A stretch of 64,000 bases of DNA, from assembly GCF_009914755.1 (NCBI RefSeq), contig NC_060934.1; one strand, given 5' to 3'. Below, one piece after another: positions 43,100-63,430 of the stretch. Source of the DNA: the human T2T-CHM13v2.0 reference genome, Homo sapiens. A program made the translations under genes and the position numbers. The notes below the pieces were generated by a model. The model was not told where the DNA came from, searched no databases, and was given only the letters and a program-made list of their open reading frames with translations. The number at the start of each line of letters is the position of its first letter. The stretch's first letter is position 1.

Positions 43100-44705
43100 C
43101 TCAAGCACTGCATGATCGTGCTTAAGAGATCAGTGTGCAGCATCTAAAAGCCTAGTTTTGAATTCCACATTTGTGACTTACTGGTTATGTTAGATGCTTG
43201 GACTTCTTAAGCCTGGGTTTTCTCACCTTTGAAAAAGAGCTGTAATAGTCTCTACCTTGCAGATTCGCTGTGCAGATATAAAAGAGACGCACGGAGAGGG
43301 TTCAGCCCAGCATTTGGCTTGTGGTGAGTGTTCACAAGTGTTGGAATCATTCGAAAGGCATGAAGGGAGCAAAGGAGACACAGCCCATGTGAAACAGTAC
43401 AAAGGGACAAGACCGCTGAAAGGCATCTTTCCTGAGGTTTCTGTAGCTAGAGGTGCTTTGGAGTGACTCATACGGCCCCTGATGACAGTCATAGATGAGG
43501 CAAAGTTTCATTTTTCCAGAGTCTCCCAGGATTAACTTATTGCATATCCTGATTTAATTGTCTGCCCTTGTCATGCTGTCTCCCAGTCATAGACATATGA
43601 GCAACAGGTATAATCATATTATTTTATTGTTAGACACTGATCATAGATAATGTACTTTGTTTATATTGGCTTTAGGAACTCAGAACATCAACTGGAGTAG
43701 ACATTGTTGAGAACTTTATAAGCCATTTTCAGCTGATAGCCACCCCATGTATGTGAATGACACAGTCTGGCATTGCTGAATTCTGATTCGTTGAGGTTTC
43801 TAATAGGTCAGCTGATAGTGATGACCTGTAAGCTGTGATAATGGTTTTTGTAGTAACATGATGTTTCCCTTGCTTTGCATCTATAAAGTGTGTGTTTATT
43901 AAAAATCTTTTTTATCATATATGCATCCAGAAAAATGCACAAATTATAAATGTCTAGTTTGATGGATTTTACTAATTGAACATAGGAAACCAGCACTCAA
44001 ATTTAAAAAATGGAACATCACTGTCTCAGAAGCTCCTCCTGCCCCTTCCTGACCCCCTTCCTGTCACTACTGCTTCCCTCCCCTATCCTGACTCCTAGAA
44101 GCATTAAGTTTACCTGCTTTTGTATTTTATGTAAATGAAATCATAAAATAAGTATTCTTTTGTGTTTGGCTGCTTTTGCTTAATTTATGATTGTGAAATT
44201 CATCCATGTTGCTATTATTGGTTGTAAAACTTTTACTCTTGGTGCTGTACAACATTTAATAGTGTTACTATCTCACTATTTATATATTCATTCTGCTATT
44301 GATTGATGTTTGGGCTATTAAAAATGGTGCTGTTGACAGACATATAGAACAATGGAATAAAATAGGAAGCCCAAAAGTAAGTCCTCATGTATATGGTCAA
44401 ACGATTTTTGACGAAGGTGCCAAGACCATTCAATGGATAAAGGGCAGCCTTTTCAACAAATGGTGTTGGAAAAACTTAGATGTCCACCTACAGAAGAATG
44501 AAGTTGGACCTTTACTTTAAATGGATAAAAGACCTAAATGTAAGAGTTAACACTATAAAACTTTTAGTAGAAAACAATAGGGGGAAACTTAATGGCACTG
44601 GATTTGGCAGTGATTTCTTGAATATGACATCAAAAGCACAGGTAACAAAGAAAAAATAGATTAATTGGACTTCATTAAAATTAAAAACTTTTGTGCATTA
44701 AAAGG

Positions 44706-48740
<4,035 letters not shown>

Positions 48741-48778
48741 TTTAAATGACATTATTAGAGTGAAAAGACAATACATGG

Positions 48779-49182
48779 TGTGATTGAAGGATGCAATATT
48801 GATCCTGGGTGTGTCTGTGAGGGTGCTGCAAAAGGAAATTAACGTTTGAGTCAATGGGCTGGAGAAGGCAGATCCACCCTTAATCGGGTGGGCACCATTT
48901 AATCAGTCACCACCAAATATAAAGCAGGCAGAAAAATGTGAAAAGGAGAGACAGGACTAACCTCCCAGCCTACATCTTTCTCCCGTGCTGGACGTTTCCT
49001 GTCCTTGAACAATGGACTCCACGTCCTTCAGTTTTGGGACTGGGGCTGGCTCTGCTTGCCCTCAGCGTGTAGACAGCCTATTGTGGGACCTTGTGATCAT
49101 GTAAGTTAATACTGAATAAACTCCCCTTTATATCTATCTATCCTATTAGTTCTGTCCCTCTAAGAGAACCCTGACTAATATA
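48779..49182 (+). mobile_element. MLT2A (HERV-L) solo LTR
   Basis: GATTGAAGGATGC...CCTGGGTGTGTCTGTGAGGGTG...GAGAACCCTGACTAATA; TSD CATGG/CATGA; small deletion near the 5' end. Confidence 0.92.
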
Positions 49183-50716
49183 CATGAAATGAGAGAACAT
49201 ATTAGCAAATTATGTATCTGATAAGGGATTAATATCCAGAATAGATAAGTAACTCTTAGAAGTCAACAACATCTGCAAAAAGCAACCTGATTAAAAAATG
49301 GGCAAAGGACTTGAATAGATATTTCTCCAAAGAAGATATACAAATGGCCCATGAGCATATGAAAGATGTTCAACATCACTAATCATTAGGGAAATGCAAA
49401 TAAAACTCACAGTGAGATACCACCTCACACCTTGGGATGGCTATTAAAAAAAAAACGAAAACAAAAACAAAAAACAGCAACAAGTGTTGGCCAGGATGTG
49501 AAAAAATTGAAACCCTGTGCTTTGCTGGTGTGAATGGAAAATGGTGCAGCCTCTATGAAAAACTGTATGGAGATTCCTCAGAAATTAAAAACAGAATCAC
49601 TATATGATCCAGCAATTCCACTTCTGGGTATAAACCCCAGAGGATTGAAAGCAGAGATTTTTGGGGTACAAAAATATTTGTACAAATATTTGTGCACTCA
49701 TTTTTCATAGCAGCATTATTCACAATAGCTAGAAGGGAGAAGTCACCCAAGTGTCCACCAATGAATGAATGAACCAACAAAATGTATATACAGGCAATGG
49801 AATATTCAGCTTTAAAAAGAAATTCTGACACATGCTATGACATGGATGAACCTTGAAGACATTATGCTAAGTGAAAGAAGCCAGTCACAAAAGGACACAT
49901 ACCATATGATTCTACTTATATGAGATACATAAGGTATCTCAAATTCATAGAAAACAAAAGTAGAATGATGGTTGCCAGAGGCTGGGGATATAGAGGGTTT
50001 GGGTGTTATTGTTTAATGGGTATAGTGTTTCAGTTTGGAAAGATGACAAAAATTCTAAAGATGAATTTTGGTGATGGTTGCTTAATAATGTGTTTAATGC
50101 CACCGAACTATGCTTAAAAATAGTTAAGATAGTAATTTTTGTTATGTATACCATGATTAAAAAAATAATAATGGTGCTATTATAAGTGTTCTTCTAATAC
50201 ATATCCTTTGATAAACACATCTATATTTTTGTTTGAATTATTGGGACATAATCTATGCATATGTTTGGCTTTAGTTGATAGTGCCATTATTTTTCCAAAG
50301 TGATTGTAGTAACTCACAGCCCCAGCTCTGCAACAGCATGTGATAGTTTCTCATGTTCCACATCCCAACCAACACTTGATAATATCTTTTTCACATAGAC
50401 CATTCTGATGATGTGTATTATTATCTCATAGATTTAATTTGTATTTCCTGGATGACTAATGAAATTGAGCCCTATTGTTCTCTTTTGTGAACAATCTATT
50501 TAAATCTTTGCTACTCTTTCTATTGGCTTGTCTTTTTCTTATAGAGTGAATTATTGTTTTCATTTGCCTTAGGTAAATGTCTGATTATATCTGATGTGAT
50601 GGATTCTGAAAATAAAAGGCTCTTATCCATCTAAATGTAGACATTTTCATTGTACAGTTTATAAAAATTAAATTTATAGGAGTGTAGCTAGGTTTTCCAG
50701 TATCTCTTTGTTAGTA

Positions 50717-50718
<2 letters not shown>

Positions 50719-50754
<36 letters not shown>

Positions 50755-50762
50755 TGTGTGTG
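50719..50762. repeat. (TG)n microsatellite
   Basis: (TG)17 TC (TG)4. Confidence 0.97.
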
Positions 50763-51344
50763 GTCTACCGTAGCTGGAGACTGTCAGCAGATGCCCTAAG
50801 ATACCACTTTCTTGATGGCTAGTTCTGGTTAGTGTGCCAACCCCAGATACCCAGGACAGACTCAGCATAAGACCAGTTTCAGCAGGTCTGACCAAGAGTC
50901 AGTTACAGAATTGTATAGACTGTATTACCTGAACACCCAGTCAATTGTGTTAGGTCTGCTTTGATTGTGCACAGCAAATGTTTAGCTTTCACAGGCTTCA
51001 GTAGGTCTGCAAAATATCTAAAGTTATATACAGAGTGGTATTTTGGGAGTCTGTATTTTTTGGAAGGAGAGCATCCAAGGCTTTCACTGTATTCTCAAAG
51101 AGGGTAAGGGGGGCGGTCTGTAGCCTCTAAAGAGTGAGCATCCTTAGTTCAACATGACGCCAGTCTTCTTGGCTGATCCTCAGTTAACTTCTGTTGCCTA
51201 TTTCCTGTCCTGCCTGTCTATATTTGAGGTAAGGAGAGCAAGTTTAATATTAACCTAGTTTCCCTTAGAGTAAGAAGGTGGTTACCCATGTTGTCTGAAA
51301 GGGCTACAATCCTGTCTCCCCCCCGCTCGGATAAGTAGAAGTTA

Positions 51345-52117
<773 letters not shown>

Positions 52118-52510
52118 TGGATTTTTGAATTATCCATCCGTGGGGATTCAGGGAAGCCAGGTCTGCTGGTGAATGGGCTGTGTTTAAGACCAATTTTGAA
52201 AAGAGTGTGAAATATGTCACTAGGATGTGGGTCTTTGTTTTACGGAAAGGCTAAACTAAGCTCTGAGAGGCATTTTGTGGTAGCACTATGCCTCAGTGCT
52301 CTCCCAGGAACAGATGTGCCACGGAGCATAGGCTCTTCTCAGGGATTTGGAGACCCGGACTCTTCTCCTGGCTGCGTAACCTTGGGAATTTCAGTCATCT
52401 CTGGGTTGACGGTTTCCTCTTTTATAAAAAGAAGTCCCTCTTGAGGGTTGGATGACCAGGAGGCATGTCATGTAGGATCTCTCTTCCTCGCTCAGAAGTG
52501 TTCTGTTAAT

Positions 52511-52810
<300 letters not shown>

Positions 52811-52820
52811 GTTCTGTTGA

Positions 52821-53163
<343 letters not shown>

Positions 53164-53399
53164 CTATTAATATCTGCATCCATGGCCATTACCCAAGAAG
53201 TCACTTTTACTTTCCACTTATTCTATTACACTATTTTCTAGTTATTTTCTGCCTCCACCTTTGTCCCAATTTGATTCATTATCTACATGGCAGCCACACT
53301 GACATTTTAAAACACAGTTCTAATCAAGCATCCCCAAGCACAATCCCTTCTTTAGCTTCCCATGCTCTGAGGATAAGATCCCATCCTGTTTGTTGGTTT

Positions 53400-53717
53400 T
53401 CTGTCCTTTGCAGGGACATGGATAAAGCATGGATCATTCTCAGCAAACTAACACAGGAACAGAAAACCAAACACTGCATGTTCTCACTTATAAGTGGGAG
53501 TTGAACAATGAGAACATATGGACACAGGGAGGGAACATCACACACCCAGGCCTGTCGGGGGGTTGGGGGCAAGGGCAGGGATAGCATTAGGAGAAATACC
53601 TAATGTAGATGATGGATTGATGGGTGCAGCAAACCACCATGGCACATATATACCTATGTAACAAACCTGCATGTCCTGCACATGTATCCCAAAGCTTAAA
53701 GTACAATAAAAAAACAA
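53400..53717 (+). mobile_element. L1PA (7/8-like) 3' end
   Basis: GTCCTTTGCAGGGACATGG...ATAGCATTAGGAGAAATACCTAATGTAGATG...AAAGTACAATAAA; inserted into an L2 relic. Confidence 0.9.
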
Positions 53718-54030
<313 letters not shown>

Positions 54031-54753
54031 TTCCATCTTGCTTGGCCCTCCACAGTCTGGCCCCGCTGCCTGCCAGTGTCCCCTCAGGCTGGTCTGCCTG
54101 CTCAGCTGGCCTCTCACCACTGCCTCCTGCCTCCTGCCTCATGGCTTTGACCCCAGTGGGCTTCTCTTTGTAGAAGTCTCTGTAAGCCACTGTTGTTAGT
54201 TCCTATTCTTCTTTTGGATCTTAGCTTACATGTCACTTCCTAGTAAATAGGTTACTTCCCAAATTAGGTCAGGATCCGTATTACAACTCTCATACCCCCC
54301 TGTACTTTTTAAACTGTGGTATTCCAGATTGTAGTTCTGTGTTTGTGCTATTATTTGATCAAGACTTTCCACTTCTTTCAAACTGCGCAACTTCATGAGC
54401 ATAGGAACTCTGTCTGCTAGGAACTGGAATCAAACACAAATCAAACACAGAGTAGATGCTCAATATACATTGGATGGATGAATTGATGCATTAAGCTGAA
54501 TGACTGGGTTCATTCTCTTCTGTCACTGCCTCCTTTCCCACACTGGCTCCTTCCTGCCAGCCAGAGATCCTGACCTTAGCTTGGTGACATAAGAAGATGA
54601 GACGCAGCAGCAACACCTAGAATCTCACTCTTCCCCTCAGCAGCAGCCACAGTCAACTCTTCAAATCCATCAACAAGTGGCCTTCTCTCCTCCACTGTGC
54701 CTGTCAAGGTTGGGATGAAGGTCTCTCAGGACCTGGCTTTGAAACTGACTTCA

Positions 54754-55166
<413 letters not shown>

Positions 55167-55464
55167 CTATAGTGACTATATGTTGTATACCTTATAAAAT
55201 GCTGTTCCCTGGAAAGGGGTCCTTTAGCAGAGATCTGTGTTAAGAGGGAAGCAAAACCAGAAACTCTGGTCCAGAGAAAGAAATACTTCATCTTTGCTCT
55301 GTTCATCCTGGTGACCATTTGAAGGCATCTCCTCCTCTTCTCCTTCTGTTCTATCCTACCTGCCATCAGGGGTCAGCTGGATGGCTCCCTCCTCCTGGAA
55401 GCCTTCTGTGACTCCTGCCTTAGCTCACAGAGATTGTTCCCTCCACCCCACTCCCACCCCCCAG

Positions 55465-55548
55465 CTTGGTGGTAAGGCTACTAAAGATTGATTAGGAGCC
55501 ACATTTAAATGTGGCTCCTAATCAATCTTTAGTAGCCTTACCACCAAG
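55465..55548. repeat. Perfect 84-bp palindrome, no spacer
   Basis: CTTGGTGGTAAGGCTACTAAAGATTGATTAGGAGCCACATTT | AAATGTGGCTCCTAATCAATCTTTAGTAGCCTTACCACCAAG; 42/42 complementary. Confidence 0.99.
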
Positions 55549-58500
55549 TCTTTTCTCCCTAGCTTCAGCAAAAGCAGCTTTCTGGTTCAATGGCTGCCCT
55601 GGACTTCTCTTCCTAGAGGCCAGATACCTCAACTCCACCTCCTTGGCTATTTTCCCGGTGGCTTCTAAGTGACTGGATGTCAGTCTATAACCCCAGGCCC
55701 AAGGTCTGCATTTTTGCTCCTGCATTCCAGAGTCGCTTTGACTGAGTCCTCCATTCTAGAAGTTGGACGTCCCCCAGGGAATTGACATTTAGGTTTGGGC
55801 TTTGGTTCCCGTGAGTTGATAGCAGCATAGCCCTGAAGTTAAGAGCAGGAACTTAAGACTCAAACTTGTTCTAGGTTCAAATTCCACTTCCCACTTATTA
55901 TTTTGTGGCCTCAGGAAACTACTTGATCTTCAGTTTCAGGTTTCTCATGTGGAGATAATAAAGGTGTTTAAATACTTTTATGATGTAATTTAAATGTATG
56001 ATATAATAAAAATGGAGACAAAGTATACAACAGCATTTTTTTTGCAGAAGGAATAGTCCATTTCAAACTTTTAGCCCTTAATAAATGATCATCCTCACCT
56101 TATCAGGGATACAGCTTTTGTGTTTCTGCTGTTTTTTTTTTTTTTTTTTGTGGAGATGGGGACTCTTTCTGCCCTAAGTGAAAAGTGCTCAATGCCCTCC
56201 CAACCCCATCTGGTCTCCTTGGCTGGACTAGCTTTAGTCTGAGAGGTAGGCAGTTACAGGATCACAGCAGTGTGGCGTCTTGTCACTGGCTTACCCAGGA
56301 GGGCCTTCCGGGGTCCTCTTCCTCACCTGACAGAGGCCAGGTTTGCCCCACAGCTGTGCATGTCTGTGAATGGTCCATTCAGGCATGCAAAAGGCTGGTG
56401 GTCCTTGAGGTGATCTACCCCTTATGCCAAGCCAGTGGAAAAGCCTTCCCAGCAAGCTCGACTTTGTCTTTCAGAGCAGTGCTCACCAACCATCACCTTA
56501 ATTAGACGCCTTATTGTCTCCTATTCTGAGGATGGAGAAAAGCCATAGGTGTCGCCAGGTGAGCTCCACCAGGAACAGAGGCATGAATCCCTAGACAAAG
56601 CAGAGAAAGCCAGTCAGCCTGTTGAGGGGAAACAGAGACAGGGAGATAGGGACTGCTTCTGAGGTCGTAAGCCTGGCAAATGACTCTCAGGAAACTCATG
56701 ATTTCATTTAGAAAATATGCCAAGTGTTCCTAAGACAGAAAAATCTATTAGATTTATTTCCTCTGCAATGAAGGCAAGCTTATCCCAGCTCCCCCTCCTG
56801 CTACTCACCCCCATGTTTGTTGCTGCCAAAGTACTTGGAAAAGCAGAAAAGTGAGTTCTGCAGGTTGCAGCTCTGCTACAGGGGACTGTGAAGACAGGAG
56901 GCTCAGTGGGCTAGCAGTCACCCAGCTGGGCAGAGGGGACAGCCTTCTGCAGAATGGCTCCAGAGGGTCCTGCCTGCTCAGTCACTGCCCCTCCCAGCAG
57001 CCCTGGCAGTGAGACAGACAGAGACAGTTTCCTTAGTCTCATTTTGCAGATGACTTTTTATTCCTTACCTTTTGTTCTTACTGGATTATTTTAAAGAAAA
57101 TTCTGGATATTGTGTTGTATCACTCACAAATAATTTAATTTGTATCTCTAGCAAAGATTTAACAAATATAACTCCCATGCCATTATTAGGAATTGCTTCA
57201 TGTCCTCTGTCTATTTTCATATCCCTGATTTATTAAAGAATTTTTTTTTGGTTGATACTGTAAGAAAATATAAAACTGACAAAAAGTTGCAAGAATCTCT
57301 CATATATACCTTGCCTAAATTCACCAAATGCTTACGTTTTGCTGTATTTGATTTATTATTTATATAAACATTTTTCCTAAGTGACAAGAAGTACATTGGA
57401 GATATCATATCCCATTCCTTGTAAACATTTCAGCGTATATTTCCTGAAGGTAAAGACATTCTCTTGTATAACACAGTATAATTATCAAGAACAAGAAACT
57501 CTGCACTCCTACTATTTATCCTCGTCCACATTCAAAATTTGGCAGTTTCCCCAAAAATTATTTTTAGAGTTACGTATTTTCCCTAGTCCAGATGCAGTGC
57601 AGGATCATACTTTTGGATGTCATGTCTCTTTAGTCTTTTTTTGTAGGGAACATCTCCTTTGCCTTTGTATTTCTTGACCTTTTCATTTTTTCAAAGGTAC
57701 AGGCCAGCTGTTGTGTAGAATGTTTCATGATTTGAGTTTGTCTGAAGTTTCCTTATGGTTAGATTTCAGTTATGTCTTTTTGACAGAAGCACCAAAGACG
57801 TGATACTGTGTTGTTCTCCATGCATACTATTGGAAGGCGATATTGGTCATGTTGACTTTGATCATTTGGCTATGGTTGTGTCTCCGGGTTTCTTCATTGT
57901 ATAGTTAATTATAAGTAATTAGTGGGGAGCTTGGGAGACTATGTAAATATCCTACTTGTCATCAAACTTTTACTGACAAGTTTTAAGCATCCGTTGCGAT
58001 TTTCTAAGTTTATTGTCTAATTTATTATTTGGCATTCTATACACATGGGTCTTCCGCCATTTATTTAGTCATTGATTTATTTATATCAGTATGGACTTGC
58101 AGATTATTATTTTACTTAATGTATGATAATCAATTATTTATTTTTGATGCTTAAATTTTCCCAAATTTGGCCAGTGGGAATCCTTCCAGCCAGCTCCTGT
58201 GTCCTTTTCTTATGTCCCGGTTGTTCTTTAAGCACTTCCTTAATTTCCGGATCAACAAGGTGCTCCAGGATCTCCTAGGTTTTCATTGTTCCAGCTCTGG
58301 AATTAGCGTTTTCAGAGTTCTTATTCTTTTCAGAGAATAATAGTACTTAGAATCCAAAATCTGGGTGCCAGTGTGCTCATTGCTATTGTTATATCATGGC
58401 TTCTAGGCTGTCGCAGTGGACAGAGCTAGAAAATACATGTGCACATGCATTTACTTTTATAAAACTGTAAATTATTAAAAGCTATAAATTAATTAAAACT

Positions 58501-59419
58501 ATACATTAATACTGATGCCTCCCATCCTAATCCAATGCATTCTAGTTGCTCCCTTTCCATGTTTGATATCTCCATACTGTAATACTGAGAAACCTGGCCC
58601 CTGTGATCCTCAATGTATTTACTTATTTGCTCAAGCCTAGAAAACACAGACAGTGGTTTTAGAATTGTTAATCCATATCACTGTGAAAAGAAAACGTATT
58701 GACTAGAGTTTAGTATTTGTTTATGTTCTTTTTTTAAAGGTAAAAAATTGATCGAGAGTGACATGTACAAATCCTGAGTACCTTTCAATGAGTTTTGACA
58801 AATACATGCACTCTTGTAATTCACGTCCTTCTCAAGATAAGAGAACATTTCCATCACCTTAGAAAATCCTCTTATACCCTTTCCCAGTTTTAACTACCCT
58901 TCTAGAGCTAATCACTTATTTTTTTCACCATAGATTACTTTTACTTATTCTAGAACTTCATGTAAACGGAATCATACAATATTCTTTTGTGTTTGGATTC
59001 TTTTAGTTATGATATCTGTTAGTCCATCCATGTTGTGTATCTAGTAACTCATTCCTTTTTATTAAGAACTAGTATTCCATTGTATGAATATACTACAATT
59101 TGTTTATCAATTCTCCTGTTGATGGACATTAATCCTACCCCTCCAGCCCCCTGTTTTTGGCTGTTATGAATAAAAATACTATAAACTTTCTTGTACATGT
59201 CTTTTTGTGGACATACTTTTATTTCTCTTGAATACAAACTAGTGGGTAAAATTTCTATGTCATAGGGTAGGTGAATATTTAGCTTTTACTTTGTCAGCTA
59301 AGAGACTGATAAACTTAGGCTTTCTTTTCCCAGATGGTTTTGCAACTGTATAGGATCTAAACAAGGTCTACATATTACATTTGGTTTTTATGTGTTGATA
59401 AGTTTCCTTCCCCATTCTA

Positions 59420-60185
59420 AACATTTATCTATTTTTGTTTATGTTATTTTAAATTCACAAATCATACTTAAATGACATTTATGGAATGCTATGTGATGTT
59501 TTGATATATGTATACAATGTGGAGTGATTAAATCAAGCTAATTAACATATTCATCACCTCACTTACTTGACATTTGTTGTGCTGATAGATTTGAAATTTA
59601 CCCTTTTAGTTATTTTTAAATATACATTAGTATTGACTATAATGACCCTGCTGTGCACTAGATCTCAAAACTTATTTTTCCCATCTAGTTGAAACTTTGT
59701 ACCCTTTGGTGAATATTTCCTCATTCCCTCACTTTCCCTACCCCAAGCCTCTGACAACCATCATTCTACACTGTACTTCTATGAATTCAACTTTTTAAAG
59801 ATTCTGCATATAATGGAGATCATGTGACATTTGTTTTTCTGTGCCTGGCTTATTTCACTTAGCACAAGTTCCTCTAGATTCATCCACATTCTCCCAAGTG
59901 ACAGGATTTTACTCCTTTGCAAAGCTGGATAGTATTCCATTGTGTATTCACACCACATTGCAGGTTGTTGAAAAAATGCTCGGCATCACTAATCATTGGA
60001 GAAATGCAAATTAAAACCTCCTGTGAGAATGACTTTTATAAAAAAGTTGAGCTATAACAAGTGTTGGCAAGGATATGGATAAAGGGAACCCTTGGACATT
60101 GTTGGAAGGAACGTAAATTAGTACAGCCACTGTGGAAAATGGTCTGAAAATAACTAAAAAAACTAAACATGCGACTACCGTATGA
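59420..60185 (-). mobile_element. L1MA 3' end with 5' inversion (59960-60185 reads sense on +)
   Basis: Antisense 3' UTR 59420-59960 abuts sense ORF2-end sequence (CATCACTAATCATTGGAGAAATGCAAATTAAAAC...CTACCGTATGA). Confidence 0.8.
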
Positions 60186-61333
60186 TTCCCTTCTCATACC
60201 ATTTTATTTGTTGAAGTACTAGAACATTTAGCTTGTAGAACATTCTAGATGTGACTGATCACTATTTCATTATGCCATTTAGCTTCTTATTCTATTCCTT
60301 GTATTTCATGTTATCTTACTGCTATACCTAGAGACTGAGAAGATTCTGGTTCATTTTTTGTTTTTTAAACAGGAACACTTCAGAGGTTCATAGTGGAGTT
60401 ATGTGTTTGGTATTGTAATACATTGTGAGGCATATAACGTGTGGTTCTTCCACTTTTAGTGTTGTAAAGATGGAGTTGAGTGTTTAAGTGGTGCTAGCTT
60501 GCTCTATCCGTTATAATGTTCCAATTTCATTAGTGGTTTTTAGCATTCATTCATTGTTATTGCCTAAATCTATTATTTTATTTGTGTTACCAAAAGGTGA
60601 TATTCTAATTCCATCGCTCCTCTTGCCTTTATTACCTAGGATTTTTCTGTAAAGAAGAACTTGTTCTCAACATTTTCATTACTCTGAATAAAATCTATAA
60701 AGGAAAGTCAGAATAAATGTTTGATTTTTGCACATTATCAAATTTTGGGGTAATAAGTTGGTGCCTTAGCAACCTCCAGTGGTGATGAATGAGATTAGTT
60801 TTTTGTATCATGATTAACTCATAAATTTTATATATTTGATATATTTCAATCCATTGCAGTCATCATTTTTTCTCACATTATGTCATCTTAGGGCATTATG
60901 TACCTTTGGCTTGGCTCCTGAGTGTTTTTAACATGGCCCTGTTTGCCTCTGATGACTTCCTTGCTCTCTTGGCACACCACCAGAGCTCAGGCTCATGTTG
61001 TATATTTCCAGCTGCAGACTTGGACTCAGTCATTTCTACAAGAAATCCCAGTGTATTTTTGTGGACAGTGGTATTTACAGAGCGCAGACTGGGCATTTGG
61101 GTTGCTCATTGCTACTGGGTTGTCATTGTTACTAGGCCTCTTCAGTGATCTGAACTGGAAAATACATATTTTTAGAAACAGAAAAAATATGAGTAGATAC
61201 TGATGTTTTCCATTCAAATGTACCTTTGCAGGGTCTTTCTTTAATTTGTCTGATTTATGCTCTTTTAAACTCAACATTTGGGTTCCTAGTGGCATCATTG
61301 TAATCATTTGCTATAAAACATATGTAATAATTT

Positions 61334-61670
<337 letters not shown>

Positions 61671-61729
61671 TTAAAAATAACTGTAGCCATATTACTACTT
61701 ATGCAATTCCTCTGCTCCATGTTGTGTCA

Positions 61730-61970
61730 GTAATATTCATGTTGTGGTCAGGGTTGGCTCAAGACAGCTCATTCACATGCTGGTGCCTTGACAAGGATGG
61801 CTGGATATTTGGGCTCAGCTGGGATCTCCTCATTCTCCAACTAGCCTCAGGGCCTTTCTAGGTGGTTGCCTCTTTAGTGGGGTAGAAGGACTGCTTAAGT
61901 GGTGGTTCAGGCTTCTAAGAGAGTGAAGTAGAAGCTGCCAGTCCTTTAAAAGCTTAGGCTCTGGCTTTTA
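61730..61970 (-). mobile_element. MLT1-type LTR fragment
   Basis: GGGCTCAGCTGGGA...AGAAGCTGCCAGTCCTTTAAAAGCTTAGGCTCTGG. Confidence 0.55.
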
Positions 61971-62756
61971 GAGCAATTTTAAAATAAGTTATACCCAGGA
62001 AAGATTTTCCTCAGTTATTTTTTAAAACTTTAAAATCTCTAATTCACTTGGGATTTATTCTAATGTATGTATTCCAATGTACGTTTATTCTAATGTACGG
62101 ATTTTTTTTCCATGTAGTCGTCTAATAGTCACGTCATCAGTTATTAAACTCTGCCTTTTCTCATTTATTTGAGATACTTACTGTCTTCATCATACATTAA
62201 ATTGCCCTGTCTGCTTAGGTCTATTTTTGGGTTTTCTCTTCTGGACCACTGGTCTGCCTGCCTATTAATGATATAACAGTTCACTGTTTTATTCATAGAG
62301 ACATTTCATATTTTAATATCCAGTAGGACTAGCTCCCACCTCCCCAGAATTGCCTTAGCTTTTCAGGGTTTTCTTGGTTATTTTTCCCTTTTGCTTTTTC
62401 CATATGAACTTTGTTATCAACTTGTTTAGCTCCAGAAAGAAAGAAAACCTGATCATTATTGAGATCTCAATAATCATAAGTTAACATAGAGAAAACAAAC
62501 ATCCTTCTGATGTTATGATGTTGAGTTTTTCTAATAGCCTGTATCTTCCTATGGTTCAAACTGTTTTTGTGTTTTCAGGAGTATTTTACAGTTTTTCTAT
62601 ATAGATTATGCACATTTTGTGTTAGTTTAATGGTTAGGTATTTTGTTTTACTTTTTTTTTTTATTTTGCTTTTGTGAATGGGGTTTTCTCTTCCCTTCCC
62701 TTGTATCTTCTAATTGGTTATCTTGTATATGTGAAGTCTATTGCTTTCTGCATAGG

Positions 62757-63430
62757 TGTTAATCAGAGTCCAGTCAAGAGACAGGCATAGCACCAATTAT
62801 TTTAACAGAGACTATTTAAGACAAAGAATTGTTAACTGGTATAAAGGTATAAAGTGGATAACTGAAAAGGTAAAAAGACAATACTAAGTAATCACAGAAG
62901 AAAAAATCTTCAGGAAGCAGCTACCATCCTTAGGGCTGGGTAACAAAGGCACAGAGAGAGAGGTATTAAATCTAGAAGTTTGGGTTGGGGGAACCCATGG
63001 AGTTGAATCTCTGACTGAGGTGGAAGCTGCTCGGCTGCTGCTGGAATCTCCAAGCTCAGAGGAAGGGCCATGGGACCCGGACATTGGCCAGCAGTTGCTG
63101 GTGTCTCTGAGGGGTACACAACATAGCTGGTTCTGTAATTTTTGGAGAAATTGAAAACTGGATTCCACTGATGCTACTGGAATGAGGAATTATTGCTTGG
63201 GGACATTCACAGGAATAGGAAGCTGGCAGGAAGGCAAGAGGAAGAAGCAAATTCCTCCTTCCCCTGCAACCTGCAGTCTCCCTCCGGGGCCCCTTCCGTT
63301 GAAGCCATAGAGGGAGCCGCTGGCAAAGCTGAAACTGGATTTGTGGAGTCCCAGCTCCTGCATCACAAAAGTGAGTATAGAAGGGTGGGTTTGGAGCTGA
63401 GCGACAAGAGCTTAATAGCTGGCGTAACAT
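62757..63430. mobile_element. Ancient LTR-type element (a related-looking relic lies at ~8690-9170)
   Basis: TG...CA bounded, purine-rich segment interrupting the antisense L1. Family not determined. Confidence 0.45.

Noticed and set aside
53390-53405. Possible micro-inversion (TTGGTTTTCTGT) at the 5' end of the L1PA7/8 fragment
   Set aside because: Only ~12 bp of low-complexity match and it copies sequence downstream of the junction, so it cannot be distinguished from chance.
55465-55548. Link between the 42-bp palindrome arm and the 42-bp minisatellite unit
   Set aside because: No sequence similarity; the equal length is treated as coincidence.
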